64,000 nucleotides of DNA from Octopus vulgaris (GCA_951406725.2 OX597817.1:52452001-52516000); one strand, 5' to 3'. Shown: positions 49,698 to 62,538, numbered from the stretch's first letter. The notes: generated from the letters alone by a model not told the origin. Translations and numbers: made by a program.

Positions 49698-49974
49698 GTA
49701 AGTAATTGCTACATTCTATTAGATCTGTAAATATCAAATACAGTAAAAGACATCAAATTACTTTTACGTTGTTTGTTCAAATCCCACTAAAGACAATTTG
49801 TTTTTTGTCCAGTCATGGGGTCAACTTAAATCCTTGATTTTCCACCCCAGTCCCAGATGTTTAGCTGTGTGTGTCCCTTAGAAATTACGATCACCATCAC
49901 ACTACCAACACCCTCTTCTTCCTATCACCATCATCATCATCATCATAACTGAAAAAGTTATCTTTTAATTTCAG

Positions 49975-50074
49975 AAAATGTGTTGTTGTTGGTTCTGGTT
50001 ACATTGGTGTAGAACTTGCTGGAATATTCAAATCTCTCGGTGCAGATACCTCTCTGCTTATTCGATATGACAAG
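49975..50074 (+). CDS. GSR: glutathione reductase coding exon 7
   Basis: [33 protein letters not shown] (NADPH-binding Rossmann motif); cag/GTGAGA; 100 nt. Confidence 0.95.
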
Positions 50075-50532
50075 GTGAGATTCCATGGTGCGACACAGTT
50101 TTTGTGTATCCACTGTTTCTGTACAACGTTCATTGTTATGTGGTAGCTAAACATGGCAGGAGATGTATGATGACTGAAGGGAAATGAAGAAATGAAGTAA
50201 GCGCCGTCTGCTGGATGTGTAATGTTAGTGTAAGGGAAAGACAGGGCACGAATTGGAGAGAAACCGGGTTTCAAAGAAAACAGTTTAATCCTCAACTCAT
50301 TTGGATTAATCTTTCAAATGTAATTTTTTTTTTATTTGTTTCAGTCATTTGACTGTGGCCATGCTGGAGCTCTGCCTTTAGTCGATCAAATCAACCCCAG
50401 GACTTACTCTTTGTAAGCCTAGTACTTATTCTATCGGTCTCTCTTGCCGAACTACTGACTGGGACGTAAACACACCAGCATCAGTTGTCAAGCGATGTTG
50501 GGGGGACAAATACAGACATGAACAACAAACAT

Positions 50533-50581
<49 letters not shown>

Positions 50582-50755
50582 GCTTCTTTCAGTTTCTCTC
50601 TACTAAATCCACTCACAAGGCTTTGGTCGGCCCGAGGCTATAGTTGAAGACACTTGCCCAAGGTGCCACACAATGGTGCTGAACTCGGAGCCATGTGGTT
50701 GGTAAGCAAACTACTTACCACACAGCCACTCCTGTGCCTAAAAAGTATAAGAATA

Positions 50756-50829
50756 TGGCCAGTATGGGGCTTGAACCCATGACATTTGCGTTATTAGCTC
50801 AATGCTCTAACCAGTTGAGCTAACTGGCC
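50756..50829 (-). tRNA. tRNA-Ile(AAT), possibly a slightly degenerate copy, antisense in GSR intron 7
   Basis: 74-nt cloverleaf: acceptor GGCCAGT/ACTGGCC+A, D stem GCTC/GAGC, anticodon loop CTAATAA, T stem ATGGG/CCCAT with TTCAAGC loop. One A.G mismatch in the anticodon stem. T5 terminator at 50740-50744. Confidence 0.8.
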
Positions 50830-50959
50830 CTCATTCACATTGTTTTCAATTAATCCCTGCATCGGCTTGTAATTTCAAGATTTCAATTGTGTGATGTATT
50901 TCTTTGAATGACGTTGTAGGGAAGGTGCGAGAGATCAGATCTGGTCAGTTTTTCTTCCA

Positions 50960-51320
50960 AAAACACTTGCGGAAATACTTATCTCAAGACACTCAGGTCT
51001 CTATTGATACCACAAAATGAAACATTGAGAACCTGAGGATAGGAGAAGCCATCATCATCAACAAACTCAGAGCACATGTTAACAACAACTGAGCTCAGAG
51101 TAGCTGGTCGACTGTTATAGTAATGCTATCCTGTGCATGCAAAGTAACCTTCTGAACACACACACGCATGCACTTACTTTGGCGCAGAAAAGCTAGCTCA
51201 CATCACTAAATCTTTGAAGATTTACTGAAGAAAAGTCCTAACCCTGAAATATTGAATTACAAGATAACAGTACAAACCACGCACTTATTTTCTTATAATT
51301 CATGTTATTTTGGCTTTTCA
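50960..51320 (+). mobile_element. possible Penelope-like element 3' remnant (GIY-YIG C-terminus plus decayed HHR)
   Basis: Translation ...NLRIGEAIIINKLRAHVN resembles the RxxEAxxIxxxxPxxN end of PLE endonucleases; CTGAAGA...GAAA at 51225-51249; ends in a microsatellite. Confidence 0.4.
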
Positions 51321-51340
51321 GAAAAGCTATAAACATATAA

Positions 51341-51402
51341 ATCTATCTATCTACCTACCTATCTATCTACTTATCTACCTACCTATCTACCTACATATGT
51401 AC

Positions 51403-51469
<67 letters not shown>

Positions 51470-51640
51470 CCTATCTATCTACCTATCTATCTATCTATCT
51501 ATTTATCTATCTATTTATCGATCTATCTATGTACCTATCGATCTATCTATCTACCTACCTATCTACCCATCTAGCTACCCATCTATCTATCTATCTATCT
51601 ATCTATCTACCTACCTACCTACCTACCTACCCACCCACCC
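51341..51640. repeat. (TATC/TACC)n tetranucleotide microsatellite
   Basis: Directly visible tandem array of ~300 bp. Confidence 0.95.
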
Positions 51641-51729
51641 ATTCACCACTACACATTTTGATTAATTGCTGTTTTATTAAAATGTATTTGTAACAGGAAG
51701 TTAATAAATTTCCCATGTCACAATTTCAG

Positions 51730-51816
51730 GTTCTACGCCAATTTGATGAATCTATTAGCTCAGCAGTTACAGAGAACCTGGAACATTCTGAAATCAACCT
51801 TCAGAGACACACACAA
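51730..51816 (+). CDS. GSR: glutathione reductase coding exon 8
   Basis: VLRQFDESISSAVTENLEHSEINLQRHTQ; cag/GTGAGT; 87 nt. Confidence 0.94.
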
Positions 51817-52952
51817 GTGAGTATTTGAACATTTTATATCCAGCTATGATCTTACTGATAAGACTGATAGGATACAGGTTACTCTGTCAAATGCAATCCT
51901 TATTAATTCGTATTGTTTTGAATTAATCAGGCATTATCTCATAGCTTTGAGATTTTTATGATGTGATTGTTTACTTTTAGGATGTCATTGTAGGGTGTGT
52001 GTGAGAAGTTGACTCTGGCCAGTTTGAACATAAAACAAGCAGAATATTCTGGCCAGATAATCATCATCACCGTTTAACATCCGTTTTCCATGCTAGCATG
52101 GGTTGGACGGTTCAACCAGGGTCTGGAAAGCCAGGAGGCTGCACTAGGCTCCAGTCTGATCTGGCAGTGTTTCTACAGCTGGATGCTCTTCCTAACGCCA
52201 ACCACTCTGTGAGTGTAGTGGGTGCTTTTTACATGCCACCGGCACAGGGGCCAGACGAGGCTGGCAAACGGCCACGATTGGTTAGTGCTTTTACGTGTCA
52301 CCAACACTGGTGCCAGTCAGGCAGTGCTTGCAACTGCCACGTTCGGACGGTGCTTTTAATGTGTCACTGGCATGGGTATCTTAACTACAATTTCCATTTG
52401 ATTTTGATTTTGATGTTGGTGTTAACGTACTTGACTCAATAGGTCTCCTCAAGAACAGCGGGTCACTCTACGATCCAAGGTTAGCACAGCAGGCCGTCCT
52501 GCAAGCCATGAACTGACTTCATTTGTCAGGTCTTCGAAGTCACAGTATATCTCCAGAGGTCTCGGTCTTTCATCATAGCCTTTGTGAGGCTGACTAGTTT
52601 AAATACTAAACTATCACACATCAAACTACAGCGTGGAATAAAAATACCTTCAGTGCTGGCAGGACAGGTAATTTTACCCAGACTTGTGTTTTTATGTTAA
52701 CAACAAACCAGATGAGGACAAATATCCATCAAATGTAAATAATGTACATAATTCCTCATCTTTTAAATATAGAACTGTAGTGTTACTTCATCTTGTGTAT
52801 CTTGAATTTTTTTAAGGTTTGAAGATAAATTTTATCAAGCGGTTTTTAGCAAGCGGTTTTGCCACATAGAGGTTTCTTTAGTGTTACGAAAAGTTTTTAA
52901 TGTAGGTGTGTAGCAAACGGTGTACATCACTTTCAAAATTCTAATTTTACAG

Positions 52953-53087
52953 GTGCAAGAAGTGAAAAAGCAAAGTAACGGTCAGCTAACAGTGAGCTCT
53001 AACCAAGGGACCATCTCAGATGTCGACTGTCTTTTGTGGGCCATTGGCCGTGTTCCCAATATTTCAAACCTTGGACTTGAAAATACT
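52953..53087 (+). CDS. GSR: glutathione reductase coding exon 9
   Basis: VQEVKKQSNGQLTVSSNQGTISDVDCLLWAIGRVPNISNLGLENT; cag/GTATGT; 135 nt. Confidence 0.95.
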
Positions 53088-53572
53088 GTATGTTTGTTTT
53101 TTTACATTTTTAAATGTTGTTCATGGAATATATTCTTCAATGTTTTTGTTTTTTATTGTTATTGTTTGCAGTATGTGTGGTGGGAGAGGTGCTTACTGGG
53201 AATTAAATTTACCCTCACCCTTGATTCATTCGATCCTTTCTGTCTATCTGGATAAAATCCAGATGGAAAGAAGCAGGCATCAAAAGAATCATTAATCCGA
53301 TTTTCTCTGTCTCATTAATCTTGCTAATCCTACAAATAATCCATACATTAATTGACATCTGTTTGTAGAATCCTCACATATAACGTGCTCATACTGCCTT
53401 AAACACCAAGTACATTGTCACTAGAATAAAAAAATTGTCATGTGTTCTGCTTGTCTGTGAACACTGTAGATTCATATCTGTATGGTTACATTGTCTGAAA
53501 CACCCTTGCCAGTGCCACATAAAAAGTGCCTGTGTCAGTGCTATGTAAAAGCACCTTTGATGGTTCCATATA

Positions 53573-53982
53573 CAGGGTGTTCAAAAAGTCTCTCCGCAGT
53601 ATGTATTTTATGGCAAAATAAATATTTAAAAGATGGTATAAGACTACAAAAGAATATATTAGACTTTACAAGACTTTAAAAAAAACTTTATAAGAGGTGT
53701 TGAAAGTGTTGTCCATCATTTTTAATACATAAATTGACTTTTCTATATATTTTTCGAAATACAACTTGGAGAGTCTGATGCAGTATGGACCGTGTGAAGG
53801 TTATGATTGCATCTTTTGGCTCATTAATGGTTTTTGGGCGATTCTTGTACACTGATCCTTTACTTGCTCCCCAGAAAAATAAGTCTGACGGTGTTAAATC
53901 AGGTGATTTTGGTGGCCAAAGACCCTTGAAATTAATCCGGTCACCAAAACATTCACTGTGGAGAGACTTTTTGAACACCCTG
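53573..53982 (-). mobile_element. internally deleted Tc1/mariner element (rosa/DD41D-like)
   Basis: TIRs CAGGGTGTTCAAAAAGTCTCTCC; TA TSD; transposase C-terminus WPPKSPDLTPSDLFFWG...GQHFQHLL stop on the minus strand. Confidence 0.85.
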
Positions 53983-55318
53983 TATAAAGCACTGGTGCTG
54001 ATGCCATGTAAAAAGTACCCAGTACACTCTGTAAAGTGGTTGGCATTAGGAAGGGCATCCAGCTGTAAAATCCATGCCAGAGCAGACAATGTATCCATGA
54101 TGATGTAGCTATTTCTGATTTGAAAAACTGAAGTAAAGTCCTGGTTTCTTGAATTGTCTGCTGAATTTCCTGTATAATTAATATGGAGAATTCTTGATTT
54201 CCTAGACTGTCAATAGAACTCTAAGCAGTTTCTGTATTAGGAACTTTTGTGTATGTAAAAGAGTTTACCTAATGTGGTAAAGTATTTCTCACTTTGCTTT
54301 AAAAGAAGCTAATGAAACTGAACCCTTGACCGAAATAACATCAGTTTTATTATGCACCCACCTGATCTCTTCAAGGCCTGCAAAATAGGTAATATAATTT
54401 TAAAAGGCAGTGAGCTGGCAGGATCAGCACACCAGGCAAAATGCTTAGCGGTAATTAGTCTGCCGTTACGTTCTAAGTTCAAATTCCGCTGAGGTTGACT
54501 TTGCCTTTCATCCTTTCGGGGTCGATAAATTAAGTACCAGTTATGCACTGGGGTCGATGTAATCGACTTAATCCGTTTGTCTGTCCTTATTTGTCTCTCT
54601 GTGTTTAGCCCCTTGTGGGTAATAAAGAAATAGGTATTTCGTCTGTCTTTACGTTGAGTTCAAATTCCGCTGAGGTTGACTTTGCCTTTCATCCTTTTGG
54701 AGTTCGATAAATTAAGTACTAGTTGCATGCTGGGGTCGATCTAATCGACTGGCCCCCTCCCCCAAAATTTCAGGTCTTGTACCTAGAGTAGAAAAGAATT
54801 GGTAATATTATTTTAAAAGATGGAAAGTTTGGAATTCTCTCTTAATATTATCTTTGTGAAAATATATTACTTAATTACAATGTATTACTAAATTACAATT
54901 ACAATTTTGCAGACTGTTAGCCTTCATTTTTGAGATGAAATATTGTTTAAACATTTACATCAATATTGTTTTGGTTAGTTTCTACCAAGAATTTTATCAG
55001 CTATCTCGTTCGTGTTTAGGTACATGGGACCAAATTGGATTCAAACTTGGAACCAAGGATAGATTTATCTCCCTTCATTCACTTCTCTAACTTCAACAAA
55101 AATTGAACTGGACTGGTTTTGAGGACCAATCCAAATCTTTCTGTAGTTTAGAGTGTAAATAAAAATGCTATCTAATTAACTAGATAAGACTGTCACAATT
55201 ATAAGTTTAGAAATAAAAGTTCCTAGTTCAAATGCAGTCTGGTAAAGAAAGAGAAAAAAAAATGAATCAAAAGTGCTTCCTGAGTTATAAGGCTTAAAAG
55301 GCTCGTTCCCAGCTTCAC

Positions 55319-55357
<39 letters not shown>

Positions 55358-56098
55358 TCAATGTCAGCATAGAAAGCTGACATAAGATCATGATGATGAT
55401 GGTGACAATGTTGCACTGAATGTCGACAATTAGCCAAAAAGAAACTTTATGTCCCTTGATAAGATTCCTCTGAGAAACCTGGACACTGGCCCTCTGCTTT
55501 TTGCAGAGTGATGTGGACTAACCAACATAGAAAGACAGCATGGTAATGTCCAAAGTGCTTTATTTTAGTTCGATGTTTGTAATCAAAAATAACTCCACTA
55601 ATCGATCTATGACTGAATTTGCTTAGGTTTTCAAACAGCAGGCTCCACTTCTGGTACTTAAACTTTGGTATTTATTTTATTTTTTATTTATGTGCCCTTT
55701 TCAAGCCTTGCCAGGCTCATGGGTCTGGTTTCCCGGTTTCTATGGCGTATTTGTTCCCCACAGCTGGATGGGACGCCAGTCCATCGCAGCGTTACTCAAG
55801 AAACAGGAAGAGAGAGTGAAAGAAAGTTGGGGCGAAAGAGTACAACAGGGGCTGCCACCACCCCCTGCTGGAGCCTTGTGGAGCTTTAGGTTTTTTTAGT
55901 TCAATAAACACACACAACGCCCAGTCTGGGAATCGAAACTGCGATCCTTCGACCAAGAGTTTGCTGCCCTAATCACTGGGCCATTGCGCCTCCACTTGGT
56001 ATTTATTAGTCTTTTCTTTTTCTTAGATTGCTGCTTATAATTTCCAATATCATTGAACACCTTAGCAGTTAGTTCAGATGATGTGTTTTTGTTTTTAG

Positions 56099-56210
56099 GG
56101 AGTGAAATGTGATACCAAAGGCCACATTATCGTTGATGAGTACCAAAATACCAGTGTCAGTCATATCTATGCCTTAGGAGACGTTTGTGGAAAATTCCAG
56201 TTAACACCAG
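56099..56210 (+). CDS. GSR: glutathione reductase coding exon 10
   Basis: [37 protein letters not shown] (second FAD motif, YAxGD); tag/GTAAAT; 112 nt. Confidence 0.95.
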
Positions 56211-57681
56211 GTAAATAAGCAATTATTATTTTAAAATATTATAAAGCCTAGCTGTGGTTGAAGTAAGAAGAATGTAAATGCATCCCTTGTGTGCTGTTGA
56301 TATAGAAAAACGAAGTGGGGGAGTTTCCTGATGGATAATTTCACAATTTATTGACTGCTCTTCAGAGATAACATACCTAGTCTTCAGCCTCAATCAATAT
56401 TTTATAGTAGTAGTACAGGAGCATGTGCAGTAACAGTGCATTAGTGCATCCCCCATTTGTTGGTGTTTCTCTACTAGTCCTGACAGATGATGCCTCTGCA
56501 CCACTTGAGTGGCAGCCCTCCAACCCATGGGTCTGTTTGGCTAGTTGTTGCTGGTGACGGTTTTACAAGGCTGGAGTGCAAATCCTATCTCAACACCTTT
56601 GCACTTATAAGCAACCATCTCCCCTAATTTCTAGTGAGAATGTGGTCAGTTGGGCTTGTGTTCCCAAATGAGTTAGTCAATTAAGAGGAGAAAGTTCAGC
56701 AGAACAGTGACCATGGATGTTTTTATCTTCTTATTCATGTCTACATGCATCCACACAATTGTTTCTAAATGAAGGTTTAATTTAGTGGATAAGGATGTTA
56801 CTATCTGTTGTGGTGATAGACAGTAACACCCCTTGGGATTAAAAGTTGAACTCCCCGAATTCTTATAAAAGAGTAATGTATACTGTTGAGATGAGCGAGG
56901 GCGTTTGGAGTCTCACGTAGCAGTAGTACATGGTGCGAAGACATTGTTTTACCTCTGTTTCATTAAATCATATATCCAAAAATCAAGGATATGAAACTCC
57001 CTTTAGTTTTGAAATAAGGTTTCTAGTTTGACTCCTGTCTTAGACTCTGTATATTCTAAGGCCCAGCCTTCTCACACTAAATCTCCCTAAGAACTGTGTT
57101 GAGGGTACATGTGTCTGTGGAGTGCTCAACCATTTGCATGTTGGTCTTATGAGCAGATTGTTCCGTTGATTGGATCAGCTTGGAACCCTTGTCATCTTAA
57201 CTGACAGGGTGCCAGTATATAAGACTGCATCACCACTACAGCATCATCATCGTTTAACGTCCGCTCTCCAGGCTGGCATGGGTTGGACGATTTGACTGAG
57301 GACTGGCGAACCAGATGGCTGCACCAGGCTCCAAATCTGATCTGGCAAAGTTTCTACAGCTGGATGCCCTTCCTAACGCCAACCACTCTGAGAGTGTAGT
57401 GGGTGCTTTTACATGCCACCTACACGAGGGCGAGTCAGGCAGTACTGGCAACAGCCACACTCAAATGGTGCTTTTTATGTGCCACCTGCACAGGAGCAAG
57501 TCTAGCGGCACTGGCAACAACCTCACTCGAATGTTTTTTCACGTGCCACCAGCACAAGTGCTAGTAAGGCGATGCAGGTAACGTCGCCTTACTGGCATCT
57601 GTTCTTATTATTATCACTACTACTATCACTATATTTTGTATATGTTGTAAGCTGATTATTTCTATATTGTGTTGATTACAG

Positions 57682-57813
57682 TGGCTATAGCAGCTGGACG
57701 TCGATTAGCTCACCGGCTTTTTAATAATGAAGCAAAATCCAAGATGGACTACACTGATATTCCATCAGTTGTTTTCAGCCATCCTCCAGTTGGATCTGTT
57801 GGATTGACACAAG
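57682..57813 (+). CDS. GSR: glutathione reductase coding exon 11
   Basis: [44 protein letters not shown]; cag/GTCAGT; 132 nt. Confidence 0.95.
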
Positions 57814-58703
57814 GTCAGTGTACTTTTTTTTATTTGTTTACTTTAACATATCTCACTTCTTCTTTATCATATTAATGTCCAATTTTCCATGCAATCATGG
57901 GTTCGATGGTAGGCGGCGAGCTCACAGAACCGTTAGTACGCCGGGCAAAATGCTTAGCGGTATTTTGTCTGCCGTTACATTCTGAGTTCAAATTCCGCCG
58001 AAGTCGACTTTGCCTTTCATCCTTTCGGGGTCGATGAATTAAGTACCAGTTACGCACTGGGGTCGATATAATCCGTTTGTCTGTCCTCTCTGTGTTTAGC
58101 CCCTTGTGGGTAGTAAAGAAATTGGTATTTTGTCTGCCGCTACGCTCTGAGTTCAAATTCTGCCGAGGTCGACTTTGCCTTTCATCCTTTCGGGGTCGAT
58201 AAATTAAGTACTAGTTACGCTCTGGGGTCAATATAATTGACTTAATCTGTGTGTCTGTCCTTGTTTGTCCCCTCTATGTTTAGCCCTTTGTGGGTAGTAA
58301 AGAAATAGGTATTCATTTGAGCAGATTTTCTGGGGTTGGATACCTCCCCTGCACCAACTCCCTCTTGTTTCCAGTTAAGGTATTATTCCCTTAAGATATG
58401 TTTCACAGATGACTGGAAACAAAGGACACCGCTTTTATAATGGTGGCACTTGTTTACAACTATTATGTGAAGGCAACAGAATAACACAATCAATTCACAA
58501 GGCTTTGGCCAGCCTGGGGCTATATTAGAAGACACTTGCCCAGAGTGCCATACAGGGAAACTGAACTCTAAACCATGTGGTTTGGAAGCTTTACATTAAC
58601 ACAATGCCACTGTTAACTTTTATTGGTTTACCTTGGCACATACATACCTCACTGTCTCTTATACATTTTTTGTTCTTGCTATCCTTTCACTCATGTTTTT
58701 ATA

Positions 58704-58923
58704 TGAGGGTGTGCTGAAAAGTTCCTCGTTTTGGGTAAAAAAAAAAAATACAAGAGGATGAGTTAATTATGATTTTATTAAACATATTTTCCTCTCAGAT
58801 TCACACACTTATTGCAGTAATCCTTCAGTTTTTTTAAGCCCTGTAAAAAAACTCAAAAGGTTGGGCTGCCAAGCAGGCCTTACACAATACACTTGAAGTC
58901 AGGAACTTTTCAGTAACCCCTTG
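58704..58923. mobile_element. mariner-type MITE (decayed)
   Basis: TA-TGAGGGTGTGCTGAAAAGTTCCT ... AGGAACTTTTCAGTAACCCCTTG imperfect TIRs. Confidence 0.6.
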
Positions 58924-59679
58924 TGGACGTGGCTGTTGTCATCATCATTGTTTAATGTCTGCTTTCCAAACTGGTATGGGCTGGACGGTTTGACTGTGGA
59001 CTGGCAAGCCAGGAAGCTGCACCAGGCTCCAATCTGATCGGGCAAGGTTTCCTCAGCTGGATGCCCTTCCTAATGCCAACCGCTCCAAATGTGTAGTGGA
59101 TGCTTTTTACGTGCCACCACCACAGGAGCCAGTCAGGCAGCACTAGCATCGACCTTGCTTGAATGGTGCTTTTTATGTGCCACCGGCACAGAAGCCAGAC
59201 TTAGTGCCTTTTACATGCCACTGGCATGGGTGCTAGTCAGGCGGCACTGGCATCGGCCATATCAGGTGGCACTTGCAACAGCCATGAGTCAGGCAGCACT
59301 GGCTAAAAATCTGCTTCCCAATCAGGTTATGGTTCAACCTCCACTACACAGCAGCTTGGGCAAGTACCTTCTATCACAGCACTAATGAAACCCAGAGCAT
59401 TGCAAATAAAATTAGGTGAAAACCTCCCAAGAGACCACATCTGTTAAACCTAGTGAGTCACCCAGTCCAGCACTTGGGTGTCTTTAGCAGAGTTCATTCC
59501 GTTGTATTTAACAAGACCTGCAATCATAGTACCTGATTCATCTTTGTCTTACATATGTCAGATATCTGCAAAAATATCATGACTGCTATCTATCCTTTCT
59601 TCTCTGAGTAAACCAATAGAAACACACGCTTCTCTTGTATTTTCCCTATGATCCTTCCTCTTGTGTTTTCCCCATCTTT

Positions 59680-60078
59680 AAAAATGACGGATATTTGTCC
59701 TCATCTTGTTTGTTGTTAACACGTTCCGGCTGATATACCCTCCAGCCTTCTTCAGGTGTCTTGAGGAAATTTGAACCTGGGTTCTCATTCCTAAGGTATT
59801 TTTCAATGTTATTATTATTATTATTCAGGTCACTGCCTGGAATCGAACTCGAAATCTTGGGGTTCGTAGCCGGCACTCTTAGCCACTACGCCATAATAAT
59901 AATATCGAAAGATACCTTAGGAATGAGAACCCAGGTTCAAAATTTCCCCAAGACACCTGATGAAGGCTGGAGGGTATATCAGACAAAATGTTGTGTTAAC
60001 AACAAACAAGATGAGGACAGATAACCGTCAAATGTAAATAGTGTACATAATTCCTCATCTCTTAAATATAGAACTTTA
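59680..60078. mobile_element. HHR-SINE inverted pair with 12-bp TSD
   Basis: Minus copy to ~59894 then plus copy to 60078; TSD TTCCCCATCTTT at 59668-59679 and 60079-60090. Confidence 0.8.
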
Positions 60079-60514
60079 TTCCCCATCTTTTCCTTAGTTT
60101 TTGTTCTCAATCTCTTCCCCACCTTCCATCTTTTCACTTCTCTCTCTATTCACACTTTTTTTTTTGTAGTAGTTTTTTACATGTAACTGGCTCTGTATAT
60201 GGTGGTGCGTGTGTATGCATAAGTGGTTACCTAATAGAGTATGTTGTTGCTGCTGTTGTTGTTAAGCAACAAGACGGGTGAGGGTGATTAGGTGATAGTC
60301 TAGGGCTTAGGGGCGGGAGACCCCAGATCTTGGTAAAAAAAAACTTTGGTCGTCTTGTTGTAGTCGAGGGCTCTTTGTCGACGCCTGACACCACGGGGAG
60401 GTGGCCCTCGAAGTCGCTAGAAATGGAGATCTCCAGGTCCAAATTCTTGAACGGCTGTTGTTGCTGCTAAGTTTGCCTTCACTAATGTTGTTCTCTTCTT
60501 CGTCTTCATTCCAG

Positions 60515-60648
60515 CCGAGGCAGAGAAACTCCATGGTAAATCCAAAATCAAGATCTACCAGACCAATTTCACACCAATGTATTATGCTATCACCACACAC
60601 AAAGAGAAATGTATGATGAAGTTAATTTGTCTTTTACCTGAAGAGAAG
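60515..60648 (+). CDS. GSR: glutathione reductase coding exon 12
   Basis: AEAEKLHGKSKIKIYQTNFTPMYYAITTHKEKCMMKLICLLPEEK; cag/GTAAAT; 134 nt. Confidence 0.95.
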
Positions 60649-61009
60649 GTAAATACACATTTCATTGTTGCTATTTTCTTTGTTTCAACTTAATTCTGTT
60701 TTTTCCTCACATCACCAACACACACACACACAGAGGCTTCTTTCAGTCCCTGCTTATTGAATTCACTTGGTTGGCCCAAGGCTATAGAAGACACTTGTTC
60801 AAGGTGCTACACAGTGAGATTGAACCTGAGTCTGCATGCTTGGGAAGCCAACTTCTCAACCACGCAGCCGTATCTGTGCCTTTTATATAAAAGTCAAGAA
60901 AAATAACTGAGTGGCCAGAGGCATGAATCTGAATAACAAAAGTGAAGAAAGGTCTACTAAATACCATACAAAACGAATTCTTGATTTATTGAAACTATCT
61001 TTAGTTTAA

Positions 61010-61224
61010 CCCTTTTGTTACCAACCCGGCTGAAACCGGCTCTAGTTCTGAATACAAATGTCTTATAAGTTTTGAATAAAAATCTTCCACTAAACCTTAA
61101 CCACAATTTATGTTCCTAACACTCGCTGAATGATAACTAAGTTATTTTACTAAGTTCTTTGTTATATTTAAAATTAATTGAAAGAAACACAGAGCATCTC
61201 AAAATAAATACAGTAATGAAAGGG
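61010..61224. mobile_element. piggyBac-type MITE
   Basis: TTAA-CCCTTTTGTTAC...GTAATGAAAGGG-TTAA. Confidence 0.8.
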
Positions 61225-62089
61225 TTAAGAGAATCTAAGCAAACACCTAGCGACTGTTGCAGCCGTCTCCAACTGAGAAGGGGAGATAATCTCATAGAAT
61301 CGATGACCAATCTTCTGAATTAACATGTTTCTACTTCAATACACTCACATCATCATTGTTGTTTAATATTGGTTTGCCCTCCTGGCATGGGTTGGACGGA
61401 TTGACTGTGGACTGGCCAGCCAGAAGGCCGCACCACGCTCCAATCTGATCTGGCAAAGTTTCTACTGCTGGATGCCCTTCCTAACACCAACCACTCGATG
61501 AGTGTAGTCGGTGCTTTTTATGTGCCACAGGCACGAAAGCCAGCTATATATATACACACACACGTGGTTCTTTCAGTTTCCATCTATACATGCATATGTA
61601 TATGTTTGTGTGTGCGTGTTTGTCCTCGCCACCATCACTTAACAACCAATGTTGGTGTGTTTAAGTCTCCTGTAACTTAGCGGTTCAGCAAAAGAGCCAA
61701 TATGATAAGTACTAGGCTTACAAAGAATAAGTCCTGGGGGTTGATTTGTTCGACTAAACCTGGTGCTCCAGCATTGCCGCAGTCAAATGACAAACAAATA
61801 AAAGAAAACAATATATATTATCATCTTTTAACATTTGTTGTCCATGCTGGCATGGGTTGGACAGTTTGACCATGATGGGAGGCTGCACTATACTCTAGTC
61901 TGATTTGGTATGGTTTTCTATAGCAGGACGCCCTTCCTGAATGCCAACCACTCCAAGAGTGTAATGGGTTCTTTTACGTGCTGCTTGCATGGTTACCATT
62001 TATGTGACACTGGGCTGCTTTTACGTGCCATTACGACTGCGATTTTGCTCAGCTTGATGGGTCTTCTATATATATATATATAATAATAA

Positions 62090-62410
62090 TATGAGAGAAT
62101 ATTATTCCAAACTTACAGGGTAAAATTCTATTTAGAAATACTAAATCAAATTTCACAAAATATAATATATATATGTATATAAATTAGAAAAAAAACACCT
62201 TTTATCAATTCAATAATGAAAAAATTAAATTATACCATTTAGAAAAATTACATCTTATAGAAAGATTAAATATAAGATAAATTACTTAACCATTGGTATA
62301 TGTTTTATCTTATATTCAATCTTTCTATAAGATGTAACTTTTCTAAATGGTATAATTTAATTTTTTCATTATTGAATTGATAAAAGGTGGGGTTTTTTTC
62401 TAATTTATAT
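62090..62410. repeat. AT-rich palindrome with one-sided tail
   Basis: 62177-62410 is self-complementary about 62293 (ACCA-T-TGGT); left tail 62090-62176 abuts (TA)n; tail related to 18920-19020. Confidence 0.7.
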
Positions 62411-62538
62411 GAGAGAGGCTCTTTCCAGTTTCCATCTACCAAATCCACTCACAAGGCTATGGCACCCCAATATACTAACAGGTCACTGGATATCACTACT
62501 AACACACACCAAAATGACCAACTTATATATATATTTAA

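Noticed and set aside
49990-50010. GSGYIG instead of GAGYIA, suggesting a cofactor switch to NADH
   Set aside because: The Arg residues that bind the 2'-phosphate (IRYDKVLR) are retained, and GxGxxG variants occur in NADPH-dependent glutathione reductases.
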